62,673 nucleotides of DNA from positions 1 to 62,673 of the forward strand of contig CAYLLE010000006.1 of NCBI GenBank assembly GCA_964384485.1, written 5' to 3'. Made by a program: the position numbers and the translations under genes. Below are positions 22,691-31,644 of the stretch, piece by piece. This stretch comes from an uncultured Spirochaetales bacterium. GTDB taxonomy: Bacteria > Spirochaetota > Spirochaetia > CAYLLE01. The notes under the pieces are model-generated. The model saw only the letters and a program-made list of their open reading frames with translations, was not told the origin of the DNA and ran no database searches. Within the stretch, counting starts at the first letter, position 1. Each line of letters begins with the position of its first letter.

Positions 22691-23870
22691 ACCGCCTGAT
22701 TCCCGACACTGCCGTCTGGAGCCCGAAAGAAAGCGCATCTTCATCTATATCAAAATCGGCGCTGTGATGAGAGGCGGTCAGTCCTTTACTGTCATTCCGG
22801 GAACCAATAAGAAAAAAACAGCCCGGTGCCTTTTCCAGATAATAAGCGAAATCCTCACTGCCCATGGTCCGGTAGTCGGTAATAATATTTCTGTCCGGAA
22901 ATATTTCTTTTACCGTCTGCCGGAGAATTGCTGTTGTTTCAGGATCGTTCACCAGAGCCGGGTAACCGTCCCAGAATGAGAGACCGCATCCGCACCGGAA
23001 TGTTGATGCTATCCCTTCACTGATTTCCCGGATTCTCTCCTTCGCGAATTCCCGCGTTTCCTTGTCAAAGCAGCGGATGGTGCCCTGGATCTCGGCTTTT
23101 CCGGGTATGATGTTATACGCGCTCCCCCCGTGGATCTGTCCTAAAGACAAAACAAAGGGAGTCAGCGGATTTATTTCACGGGAGGGAATTTCCTGCAGAG
23201 CCAGGGCGATCCGGGCCGCGCAGGAGATTGTATCGGTTGTTTTATGAGGAAGTGCGCCGTGGCCGCCTGATCCGGTTACGGTGACAGTGAACTCATCGGT
23301 TGACGCGAACACGGGACCGGGAGATACGGCGATCCTTCCGACCGGGAAATCCTGCCATACGTGCATTCCCAGTACGGTATCCGGGACCGGAGAATCCAGG
23401 GCTCCCTCTTCGATCATTCGTTCGGCCCCGCCGGGGGCTGCCTCTTCTGAAGGCTGAAACACGAAAAGCACGCTTCCCCGGAGATTCTTCCGGTTCTGGT
23501 TAACGATCTTTGCCGCTCCTAACGCCACGGCCATGTGGGCGTCGTGTCCGCAGGCGTGGGAAATCCCCGCGTTCCGGGAGCGGAAATCCAGGTGCGGGTT
23601 GTTCTCCTGTACCGGCAGCGCATCCATATCGGCACGGTACATGACCGTCGGTCCTTCGCCGGAACCTTCAACCAGCGCCGTAAGCCCTGTTTCCGCGTAC
23701 CCCCTCTTTACTTTGATACCAAGGTTCTGCAAGTACTCGGCTATTTTGCTGGATGTTTTCACTTCCCGGAAGGCGGTTTCGGGATTCTGATGAAAATGCC
23801 GTCTTAATCTGATAATTTCATCAGCGCTCGCGCGGACTTCTTCGGAAATTTTTATATCTGCTGTTCCCAT
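22671..23870 (-). CDS. M20D family amidohydrolase
   Basis: RADMDALP, HACGHDAH, FQPSEE, GGHGA, SEDFAYY. Confidence 0.94.
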   Translation of the reverse strand: MGTADIKISEEVRASADEIIRLRRHFHQNPETAFREVKTSSKIAEYLQNLGIKVKRGYAETGLTALVEGSGEGPTVMYRADMDALPVQENNPHLDFRSRNAGISHACGHDAHMAVALGAAKIVNQNRKNLRGSVLFVFQPSEEAAPGGAERMIEEGALDSPVPDTVLGMHVWQDFPVGRIAVSPGPVFASTDEFTVTVTGSGGHGALPHKTTDTISCAARIALALQEIPSREINPLTPFVLSLGQIHGGSAYNIIPGKAEIQGTIRCFDKETREFAKERIREISEGIASTFRCGCGLSFWDGYPALVNDPETTAILRQTVKEIFPDRNIITDYRTMGSEDFAYYLEKAPGCFFLIGSRNDSKGLTASHHSADFDIDEDALSFGLQTAVSGIRRFTRSVF

Positions 23871-23879
23871 ACTATAGCC

Positions 23880-25001
23880 CTAAAATGCCATCCTTTTCCA
23901 GCCTTTGGTATTTTCATCCCTCGGTGGAAGCCCTAAGAGTTCTCTCCCCAAATCGGCATAATAACGGTAGTTTTCCAGGGGGGTGCCGTTTGGAATTCGG
24001 TGATCAATACCGAACACCATTCCCCCGGTCTGCATGGCGGGCTGCATTTTGTATTCAAGTTCCTGCTTTATCATATTTTTATCCTGTCTGAGCACATGCT
24101 TATCGATTCCTCCAAGCATTATCATGCGGTTTCCGTACTGCTTCCGAAGGTTGACGATATCCATGCCGGCGGCAGGTTCCATGGGATAAATCGCGTTAAT
24201 TCCGCATTCAAGGAAAGGCTCAATAACCGCATTTACATTACCGTCTGAATCCATTTGAAAAATCCTTGTTCCCCGAGAAGATGCAAGGTCCCAGACCGAT
24301 TTAAAGTAGGGTTTAATAAATTCTCTAATCTGCTCAGGTCCGACCAGAGGTCCCGATTTCCCCGCTAGATCTTCATGGACCGATATTTGATCGATTTCGA
24401 GCTGCCTCGTTATCCGGTCCAAAACGCGGAGGCTTGTCTCCCGGGCGGTCCCCAGAATGTCCCGCATCAGTTCCGGGTTAAGATAGTATGAGGTGCAGGC
24501 TTCCTCCTCTCCCATAAGCTGCCGGGGGAGGTCGAATCCTCCGGGAATGGATGCTGTAACCAGGTATCCTTCCTGCTTAAGGGCTTTTGCCTTTTCAACC
24601 TGATCCCAGTTGATCCGCTCTTCCCGGTAAGTATAAAAATCTTTTATCCGGTACCAGCTTTCCATGTCTTTGACGGGAAAATCGAGGGGTAACGGAATAG
24701 TCGCTGATTTTTTTATCAGTTTCATGGTTCTGCCGAGTTCATCCCGTTTTATAATATATTCCGGAGTCTCTTCCAGGGTTTCAGGAGTATATCCGCCGAA
24801 TAAACCGGTTTTTCCTCCGGCATCCGCGCGGTCTACATAATCCCAGTCAAATGCTGTCAGGTCCAGTTCTTCCGGGGCGGCTCCCTGGGCTTTCCATTCA
24901 TCTTCCAGACCAACCAGCGGGCCGAACAACTCCACAAACATCTGCCTGTCCGTAGTTTTAAAGGTAAGTAAATCAAGGTATTGTTCACGGCTGAACCGCA
25001 T
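23880..25001 (-). CDS. Uroporphyrinogen decarboxylase family protein
   Basis: EDLAGKSGPL, DSDGN, PMEPAAGMD, GGIDK, DHRIP. Confidence 0.85.
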   Translation of the reverse strand: MRFSREQYLDLLTFKTTDRQMFVELFGPLVGLEDEWKAQGAAPEELDLTAFDWDYVDRADAGGKTGLFGGYTPETLEETPEYIIKRDELGRTMKLIKKSATIPLPLDFPVKDMESWYRIKDFYTYREERINWDQVEKAKALKQEGYLVTASIPGGFDLPRQLMGEEEACTSYYLNPELMRDILGTARETSLRVLDRITRQLEIDQISVHEDLAGKSGPLVGPEQIREFIKPYFKSVWDLASSRGTRIFQMDSDGNVNAVIEPFLECGINAIYPMEPAAGMDIVNLRKQYGNRMIMLGGIDKHVLRQDKNMIKQELEYKMQPAMQTGGMVFGIDHRIPNGTPLENYRYYADLGRELLGLPPRDENTKGWKRMAF

Positions 25002-25088
25002 TCCGTATCCTCCTTAAAGGTATAATCCTACTATGTATGGGGCTGTCTGGCTATAGCATGAGGGCAGTCTCTATGGTATAAAAAAACT

Positions 25089-26123
25089 ATGGTGTATCCT
25101 GATTTTATAGAGAATGAAGAACAATTGGACGATCTGATGTCCGAACCGGGAGACCGGCTTGTGAGCATGATGGAAAAACTTCGGGGAGATATTCTGATTT
25201 TAGGAGCTTCCGGCAAGATGGGAGTACAGCTGGCCATGATGGCTAAAAAGGCTTCCCACCGGTCCGGAACCGGTAAACGGATAACCGGTGTTTCCAGGTT
25301 TACCGATCCGAACGCCAGAGAAAAACTGGAACGTTTCGGTATTTCCACGGTTAAATGCGACCTTCTGGATCAGCAAGAACTGGGGAGACTCCCGGATGTT
25401 GAAAACATTATTTTTATGGCGGGGCGGAAGTTCGGCACTACAGGTTCCGAGGAGCTGACCTGGGCGGTTAACGGCATTACACCGGCTTTCGTTTGTGAAC
25501 GTTACAGGAAATCAAAAATTGTTGCATACTCCACCGGCTGTGTATATCCTTTTGTGGACATCTCATCAGGAGGTTCCCTGGAGAGTGATCCTCCCGGGCC
25601 GGTAGGGGAATACGCCCAGACCACTCTGGCCCGGGAACGGGTTTTTCAGTATTACGCCAAAAAATTTTCAATACCCGTGTGTCTGTTCCGGCTGAACTAT
25701 TCCATTGATCTGCGGTACGGGGTACTTTTCGATATCTGTTCCAGAGTTTTCAGGGAGGAACCGGTTGATGTAACAACCGGCGCGGTTAATGTAATTTGGC
25801 AGGGTGACGCGGTGGAACGGTCTCTGCTCTGTCTTGATCACTGCGGAGTTCCTTCGCGACCCCTGAATGTTACCGGTCCGGAGACGGTTTCTGTCCGTTA
25901 CTTAGCTGAAACTTTCGCGGCCATCCTCGGTAAAACCGTCCGGCTCCGGGGAGAAGAGAGCAGGTTCTGTGCCCTTAGTAACGCCTCCCGGTCTTTTGAA
26001 TTGTTCGGGTATCCTAAGGTTTCCCTCAACAGGATGATCCGCTGGACGGCCCATTGGGTCCGTCACGGAATGCCCTCCTTGGGTAAACCGACCCATTTTG
26101 ATGAACGAAAAGGGGAGTTTTAA
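25089..26123 (+). CDS. NAD-dependent epimerase/dehydratase
   Basis: LGASGKMG, AGRKFG, STGCVY, RLNYSIDLRYG. Confidence 0.9.
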   Translation: MVYPDFIENEEQLDDLMSEPGDRLVSMMEKLRGDILILGASGKMGVQLAMMAKKASHRSGTGKRITGVSRFTDPNAREKLERFGISTVKCDLLDQQELGRLPDVENIIFMAGRKFGTTGSEELTWAVNGITPAFVCERYRKSKIVAYSTGCVYPFVDISSGGSLESDPPGPVGEYAQTTLARERVFQYYAKKFSIPVCLFRLNYSIDLRYGVLFDICSRVFREEPVDVTTGAVNVIWQGDAVERSLLCLDHCGVPSRPLNVTGPETVSVRYLAETFAAILGKTVRLRGEESRFCALSNASRSFELFGYPKVSLNRMIRWTAHWVRHGMPSLGKPTHFDERKGEF

Positions 26124-26124
26124 G

Positions 26125-27213
26125 ATGACAGTGCGTACTATCGGAGATATACCCGACAAAATTCTTGATCATCTCAGGAAGGGGATGGTTATCCCCGCCT
26201 CCCCCTTGGCTCTTCATGAGGACCGTTCCTTTGACCGGGAACATCAGTGCGCCCTAATGAGATATTATACGGCGGCCGGGGCGGGGGGAATCGCTGTGGG
26301 GGTCCACTCCACCCAGTTCGAGATCCGGGAACCCCGGTACAATCTGTTCAAACCGGTATTAGCCGAATGTTCCAAATTTATCGACAGCGCTCCCGGGGGC
26401 GGCGATATTTTAAAAATCGCCGGGGTTTGCGGAAAAACATCTCAGGCGGTACAGGAAGCAGAGTACGCCCGTGATACGGGATACCATGCCGGTCTTCTCA
26501 GCCTTTCGGCGTTCCCCGAAGCACCGGATGATGAGATGATTGAGCACTGCCGCAGGATTGCGGATATTTTCCCCATTTTCGGATTTTATCTCCAGCCCGC
26601 GGTAGGAGGAAGGATCCTCAGCCGGAATTTCTGGAACAGATTCGCCCGCATCGGTAATGTGCTGGGTGTCAAAGCGGCGCCGTTCAACCGGTATTACACC
26701 CTGGAGGTGATTCAGGGAATTGCTTCAGCAGATCCGGAGGGAAGGATAGCTCTGTATACCGGAAACGACGACAATATTTTGGTTGATCTCCTTACCCGGT
26801 TTCCCGTAAAAACGGAGGGTTCGGCCGATGTCCGCGGATTTGCGGGCGGTCTCTTAGGACACTGGAGCGTGTGGACCAAACGGGCTGTAGAGCTCATCGA
26901 TTTGGTACACCGGATTCGCGGAGGAAGTGAAGAAAATATCCAGGAGATTCTTACCCTGGCCGCGGCAGTAACCGACAGCAATATGGCTTTTTTTGATGCT
27001 CCGAACAGTTATGCGGGTGTACTTCCCGGGATCCATGAGGTCCTCAGGCGGCAGGGGCTGATGAAGGGGATATGGTGTCTGAATCCGGATGAGACCTTGT
27101 CTACCGGTCAAAAAGAAGAAATTGACCGGGTTTACGCGGCTTATCCGTATCTGAACGACGACGATTTTGTGGCACGGAACCTAAATGTTTGGCTCACAAA
27201 TATTCCAAAATAA
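26125..27213 (+). CDS. Dihydrodipicolinate synthase (DapA)-like aldolase
   Basis: AVGVHSTQF, FYLQPAVGG, KAAPF, YTGNDD. Confidence 0.88.
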   Translation: MTVRTIGDIPDKILDHLRKGMVIPASPLALHEDRSFDREHQCALMRYYTAAGAGGIAVGVHSTQFEIREPRYNLFKPVLAECSKFIDSAPGGGDILKIAGVCGKTSQAVQEAEYARDTGYHAGLLSLSAFPEAPDDEMIEHCRRIADIFPIFGFYLQPAVGGRILSRNFWNRFARIGNVLGVKAAPFNRYYTLEVIQGIASADPEGRIALYTGNDDNILVDLLTRFPVKTEGSADVRGFAGGLLGHWSVWTKRAVELIDLVHRIRGGSEENIQEILTLAAAVTDSNMAFFDAPNSYAGVLPGIHEVLRRQGLMKGIWCLNPDETLSTGQKEEIDRVYAAYPYLNDDDFVARNLNVWLTNIPK

Positions 27214-27215
27214 AC

Positions 27216-27245
27216 TTGACAAAAAAGGTAATGTTTGGTTATACT
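27216..27245 (+). promoter_or_regulatory. Near-consensus sigma70 promoter
   Basis: TTGACA-18 nt-TATACT. Confidence 0.7.
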
Positions 27246-27251
27246 ATAGTT

Positions 27252-27334
27252 GTAGCGAGTCAAACGATTCCTTCAATCCTCCATCATTTTTTGCCTCTTT
27301 TTGGGGCCGCCTTACCGGCGGCCCTTTCTTTTTT
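27252..27334 (+). ncRNA. Candidate ~80-nt small RNA
   Basis: Lies between the promoter and a strong terminator, no SD-led ORF, pyrimidine-rich with TCCTCC. Confidence 0.5.
27304..27334 (+). terminator. Intrinsic terminator
   Basis: GGGCCGCC-TTACC-GGCGGCCC followed by TTTCTTTTTT. Confidence 0.85.
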
Positions 27335-27423
27335 GGGTCAACTCCTAATGTGATCACTGGAAATTACTCTTCCGGTTCTTCCGGCTATGGACATTTCCCC
27401 GTCTTAGGGGATAAACTTTTCCT

Positions 27424-27903
27424 ATGACTACCTTCTTCTTCCTTGCCGCGGTACTCTCCGAACTCCTGCCCTCTTCCGTAACGTATTACGTTGACCTGTT
27501 TGAAAACTCATCTCTTACCCACAGCTACCGGGTAGAAACGGAAGAAAACCAGCTTTGGGAGTTCCGCGAACTGTTCCCCGACGGTTCCGAAGATTTTTCG
27601 TTTATTGTCGAACAGAGTGATTACGTCGGGCATATTTATACAATTATCCAGGGCAGCGGAAGCAAATCTTATTCGGTAAATCTTCAGGATGTTTTGGCGG
27701 AGTATGTACCCATTGCCGAGGAGCATTCACAGCGCATTAGCGTGAGGGATGATATCATCAATTCTGATGAAAGTTTCGACATGCCGGAAGGCGAAGATGT
27801 TGGTTACACGATCAATATTAATTCCAGGCAGGGAGTCCTCTTTTTAGGGGTACCTGAAGCTGGGGTACTTTTGGTTGTCCGGTCCCTGGCGGTTTTGGAA
27901 TAA
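27424..27903 (+). CDS. Hypothetical acidic protein with hydrophobic N-terminus
   Basis: 159-aa ORF; TAAACT -10 box 6 nt before ATG. Confidence 0.65.
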   Translation: MTTFFFLAAVLSELLPSSVTYYVDLFENSSLTHSYRVETEENQLWEFRELFPDGSEDFSFIVEQSDYVGHIYTIIQGSGSKSYSVNLQDVLAEYVPIAEEHSQRISVRDDIINSDESFDMPEGEDVGYTININSRQGVLFLGVPEAGVLLVVRSLAVLE

Positions 27904-28134
27904 ATCCCCTCCCCGGAGATCTTTCTCCCGGACGGAAATAGCCGGGCAATGCCCCGCGTAATTTAGAAGACGCCGTATATCTCGATAATATCATAATGCC
28001 GATATACGCAATTATTTACATTAAAAAAAATTATAAGTCTTAATACGATTTTTGCCGCCGGTAATCGCTCTCTTCAAGGTTGATCAGTTGATACGAATAA
28101 GCTATTTTGAAGATAACCCATGAGGAGGAATAAA

Positions 28135-29397
28135 ATGAAAACAAAGGCTATAAGATTATACGGAAAAAAAGATCTCCGGCTGGATGAATTTGACCTTCCG
28201 GAAATTGCCGAGGACGAAATCCTTGCCCATATAATATCGGACAGTATATGTATGTCTTCGTACAAAGCAGCTCTGCAGGGGCCGGACCACAAAAGGGTTC
28301 CCGCGGATGTCGCGGAAAACCCGGTAATGGTGGGCCACGAGTTCTGCGGAGAAATTATTGAAGTGGGAAAACGGTGGAAAGACAGCTTTAAGGAGGGACA
28401 GCGTTTCTCGATACAGCCTGCGCTAAATTATAAGGGAAGCTTGTATGCTCCCGGATATTCTTATCCACATATCGGGGGGGCTGCCACCTATATCGTAATT
28501 CCGAAAGAAGTAATGGAGATGGGCTGTCTTTTGGATTATCAAGGGGACGCGTTTTTTTACGGCTCTCTGGCTGAACCGATGTCATGTATAGTCGGAGCGT
28601 TCCACGCGGCATACCATACTCAGACCGGTAAATATGTCCATGACATGGATATTAAGGAAGGCGGCTCAATGGCGATTCTGGCAGGTGTCGGTCCCATGGG
28701 TCTCGGAGCTATCGATTATGCTATCCACCGGAAACGGAAACCTTCTGTACTGACCGTGACAGATATCGATCAAAACAGGCTGGACCGGGCAGCTTCTATT
28801 TATACCGTAGAAGCCGCGGCGGAGCAGGGGGTAACTCTTCGGTATGTGAACACGAAGGAACTGGATAATCCTGAGGAAACTCTGATCTCCTATACAGACG
28901 GGGATGGTTATGATGATGTTTTTGTTTTTGCTCCGGTCAAGCCGGTGGTCGAACAGGGGGATCGGATACTGGGCAGGGACGGGTGTCTCAATTTTTTCGC
29001 AGGTCCTACCGATCCGTCCTTTTCCGCGAATTTCAATTTTTACAACGTACATTACCTTTCCCATCATATCGTAGGAACAAGCGGCGGAAATACCGATGAC
29101 ATGGTCGAATCGCTGGCAATGATGGCAAACGGTACAATTAACCCGTCGGCCATGATCACCCATATCGGTGGGTTGGGAAGTGTTGTGGACACCGTACTTG
29201 ATCTGCCGAATATCCCGGGCGGGAAAAAGCTGATTTACACAAACATCGATCTGCCTTTAACCGCGATTGCCGATTTCTCCGCGCTCGGAGATAAAGACCC
29301 GATGTTCAAAACTCTTTCCGAGATCGTAGACCGGAACAACGGACTGTGGTGTCGGGAAGCTGAAGAATATCTTCTCGAAAACAACCGGGCTATATGA
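28135..29397 (+). CDS. Zn-dependent MDR dehydrogenase, L-sorbose-1-phosphate reductase-like
   Basis: SDSICMSSYK, GHEFCG, LAEPMSC, GVGPMG, GTSGGNTDDM; GAGGAGG SD. Confidence 0.88.
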   Translation: MKTKAIRLYGKKDLRLDEFDLPEIAEDEILAHIISDSICMSSYKAALQGPDHKRVPADVAENPVMVGHEFCGEIIEVGKRWKDSFKEGQRFSIQPALNYKGSLYAPGYSYPHIGGAATYIVIPKEVMEMGCLLDYQGDAFFYGSLAEPMSCIVGAFHAAYHTQTGKYVHDMDIKEGGSMAILAGVGPMGLGAIDYAIHRKRKPSVLTVTDIDQNRLDRAASIYTVEAAAEQGVTLRYVNTKELDNPEETLISYTDGDGYDDVFVFAPVKPVVEQGDRILGRDGCLNFFAGPTDPSFSANFNFYNVHYLSHHIVGTSGGNTDDMVESLAMMANGTINPSAMITHIGGLGSVVDTVLDLPNIPGGKKLIYTNIDLPLTAIADFSALGDKDPMFKTLSEIVDRNNGLWCREAEEYLLENNRAI

Positions 29398-30848
29398 CCG
29401 ATATAAATCAGGCAGCTTTTACCGGAAAGGCAGAATCCTTTTTTAAAGCGAATTATTTTTTTCCCCGGGATAAAGATACAATTGAAGCCCGGTACCGTAA
29501 ACTCTATCGGGAGTTCCTGCTTTATTTCGGCGCCGGTCCTCTCCGGGCTGCCCGGGCGCCGGGAAGGGTGAATCTACTCGGAGAGCATACCGATTACAAC
29601 AACGCTCCGGTACTCCCCATGGCGATCGACCGAGATATCGCGGCTCTCTACAGGCCGCGAAGAGATAACCGGATTGTCATACGGAACGCTGATAAGGATT
29701 ATGGAGAGCGCTCTTTTAACGCCGGATCAGACATTCCGCCGTATCCTACCGGTGACTGGGGGAACTATCCGAAGGCGGCAGTTTCCGGCCTTGCCGAGAC
29801 CTTCCCCCGGAATACGTTTACCGGTTTCGATATGGTCATGCACGGTACCCTGCCGGCTGCGGGAGGTTTGAGTTCCTCGTCAGCCCTGGTAGTGCTTTCC
29901 GGACTTATATTCAATTCAATCAACGGGATAAACGTTTCAAAGCTTGAGCTGGCAGATCTGATGGCTGCCGCGGAGCGGTACGTGGGGACCCAGGGGGGAG
30001 GAATGGACCAGGCCGCCTCCCTGCTCGGTGAGACCGGAGCGGGTCTTAAGATCGATTTCAATCCGCTCAAAACCCGTACGGTCCCGTTACCGCCGGGTTA
30101 CTCAATTATTATCGCCCATAGCACGGTGTCAGCTCCAAAGACGGAATCGGTAATGGACAGCTATAACAGCAGAGCGGCTTCCTGCAGGATGGCGGCGCAC
30201 ATCATAAGGCACCGTCTGAAGGAACTGGGAAAGGAAACAGGAACAATACAGCTCATAGGCGATCTTAAAAAAGATAATACCGGTATGTCCGACGAAGAAA
30301 TACTGGAAATGTCCATTGATGTCTTAGGCGGAAAAAATTGGACCGTTGATCAAACGGCTGGGTACCTCGGCATTTCTCCCTCCGAAGCACAGAAACGGTA
30401 CCTTAAAAGACGGGACGGCAGCTTCATGAATGAACCGGCCTCCGGGTTTCCCCTGGCCGACCGGTTTCTCCACGTTTTCGGTGAGTGGAAACGGGTCGAG
30501 CAGGCGGCGGCGGTCCTGGACGCGGGTGACGGACCGGAATTCGGCCGGCTGATGAATCAAAGCCACGCTTCCTGCCGGGACCTATTCGAAATCAGCTGCC
30601 CCGAGCTTGACGCGCTCACGGCTATTGCCGTGGATTCAGGAGCCGCGGGCTCACGTTTAAGCGGTGCCGGATTCGGCGGCTGTACCGTAAGTCTTGTGGA
30701 GTCGGCACGCGTCGCCGAATTCGTTGCCTCTCTGGAAAAGAAATATTACCGGGAATATCTCGGTTTCCGGGATGATCTTTCCGGATATCTTTTTCCCGTA
30801 AAAGCCGCGGGAGGAGCAGAAACCGCTTCCATTTATAAAAATGAGTGA
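29394..30848 (+). CDS. galK: Galactokinase (GHMP kinase), long form
   Basis: APGRVNLLGEHTDYN, GLSSSSA, GGMDQ, GSRLSGAGFGGC. Confidence 0.88.
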   Translation: MTDINQAAFTGKAESFFKANYFFPRDKDTIEARYRKLYREFLLYFGAGPLRAARAPGRVNLLGEHTDYNNAPVLPMAIDRDIAALYRPRRDNRIVIRNADKDYGERSFNAGSDIPPYPTGDWGNYPKAAVSGLAETFPRNTFTGFDMVMHGTLPAAGGLSSSSALVVLSGLIFNSINGINVSKLELADLMAAAERYVGTQGGGMDQAASLLGETGAGLKIDFNPLKTRTVPLPPGYSIIIAHSTVSAPKTESVMDSYNSRAASCRMAAHIIRHRLKELGKETGTIQLIGDLKKDNTGMSDEEILEMSIDVLGGKNWTVDQTAGYLGISPSEAQKRYLKRRDGSFMNEPASGFPLADRFLHVFGEWKRVEQAAAVLDAGDGPEFGRLMNQSHASCRDLFEISCPELDALTAIAVDSGAAGSRLSGAGFGGCTVSLVESARVAEFVASLEKKYYREYLGFRDDLSGYLFPVKAAGGAETASIYKNE

Positions 30849-30906
30849 CACATAAGTGAAAAAATGGTGTTTCATTACACAGAATAAGAGTAATGGAGGC
30901 ACCTGT

Positions 30907-31443
30907 ATGAAAAAGGTTGTCATTGTTTTAACTATTTTACTAATGTTTCCCGCCGGGATGATTTTTGCTTACGGCGGAGGCGGTACCTTTGTGGGCGAAT
31001 ATATAGACGGTTTTTCCTGGGATACAAGCGAAATCGGTTTTTCCGGTGTCCGCTACCGGGGGGGATACGGCTATGGAGTTACCGACGCAGGACACCGGGT
31101 CGGCGGATTTGCCTTGGGTCTGCATGATTATACAGAAAACAGGAAGCTGGGCGGATTCGGCGGAATCATTACCGGACAGCAGCTCAGGCTCGGTTTTCTT
31201 ACCGGCAGCATCAATCTTTGGCTTGGTGTGGGAGGTTTGAGTTCCCGGGAAAGTGAGGCTATATATCTTGCCTATTTCGGTGAAGGTACTTTTGAACTGG
31301 GAATAAAAATATTCTCCTGGCTGCAGTTCTCAGGTTTCGCCGGGTGGCAGGTTCTCGGAAATTTGTTCAACTTTGAACCGTGCAATCCTGCAGACCCGTT
31401 TCAGCCGGTGGCCGGATTCCGGGTAACGTGGGGCAAGTTTTAG
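30907..31443 (+). CDS. Secreted/outer-membrane beta-strand protein
   Basis: Signal peptide MKKVVIVL...IFA, Gly/aromatic-rich strands, terminal Phe. Confidence 0.75.
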   Translation: MKKVVIVLTILLMFPAGMIFAYGGGGTFVGEYIDGFSWDTSEIGFSGVRYRGGYGYGVTDAGHRVGGFALGLHDYTENRKLGGFGGIITGQQLRLGFLTGSINLWLGVGGLSSRESEAIYLAYFGEGTFELGIKIFSWLQFSGFAGWQVLGNLFNFEPCNPADPFQPVAGFRVTWGKF

Positions 31444-31454
31444 TTCTCACGGGT

Positions 31455-31480
31455 TTGGGTCCCTTGCCGGGACCCAATTT
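31455..31480 (+). terminator. Terminator-like hairpin
   Basis: TTGGGTCCC-TTGCC-GGGACCCAA-TTT after the stop codon. Confidence 0.65.
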
Positions 31481-31494
31481 ATCTTCTTCACCTC

Positions 31495-31584
31495 CGGCAA
31501 TTTCCGGTGATGCAGATTTATGTAATTGCTTGTAATAAAATAATTTATAAATTTTAACGCGAATGTTGTCACCGTGAATTGCTG
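31495..31584 (+). mobile_element. MITE-like hairpin element, subfamily B, with 9-bp target-site duplication
   Basis: CGGCAATTTCCGGTGA...TCACCGTGAATTGCTG flanked by CTTCACCTC at 31486-31494 and 31585-31593. Confidence 0.92.
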
Positions 31585-31593
31585 CTTCACCTC

Positions 31594-31622
31594 TTGAACA
31601 CTCAACTCCCATATCTTACACT
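31594..31622 (+). promoter_or_regulatory. Sigma70 promoter for the EAL response regulator
   Basis: TTGAAC-17 nt-TACACT; AGGAGG SD downstream. Confidence 0.55.
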
Positions 31623-31644
31623 TTATACAGGCAGGAGGATTTGA

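Noticed and set aside
27974-28008. Inverted repeat CGTATATC...GATATACG upstream of the sorbose-reductase-like gene
   Set aside because: Single 8-bp pair with a long spacer and no cognate regulator nearby; cannot be supported as an operator.
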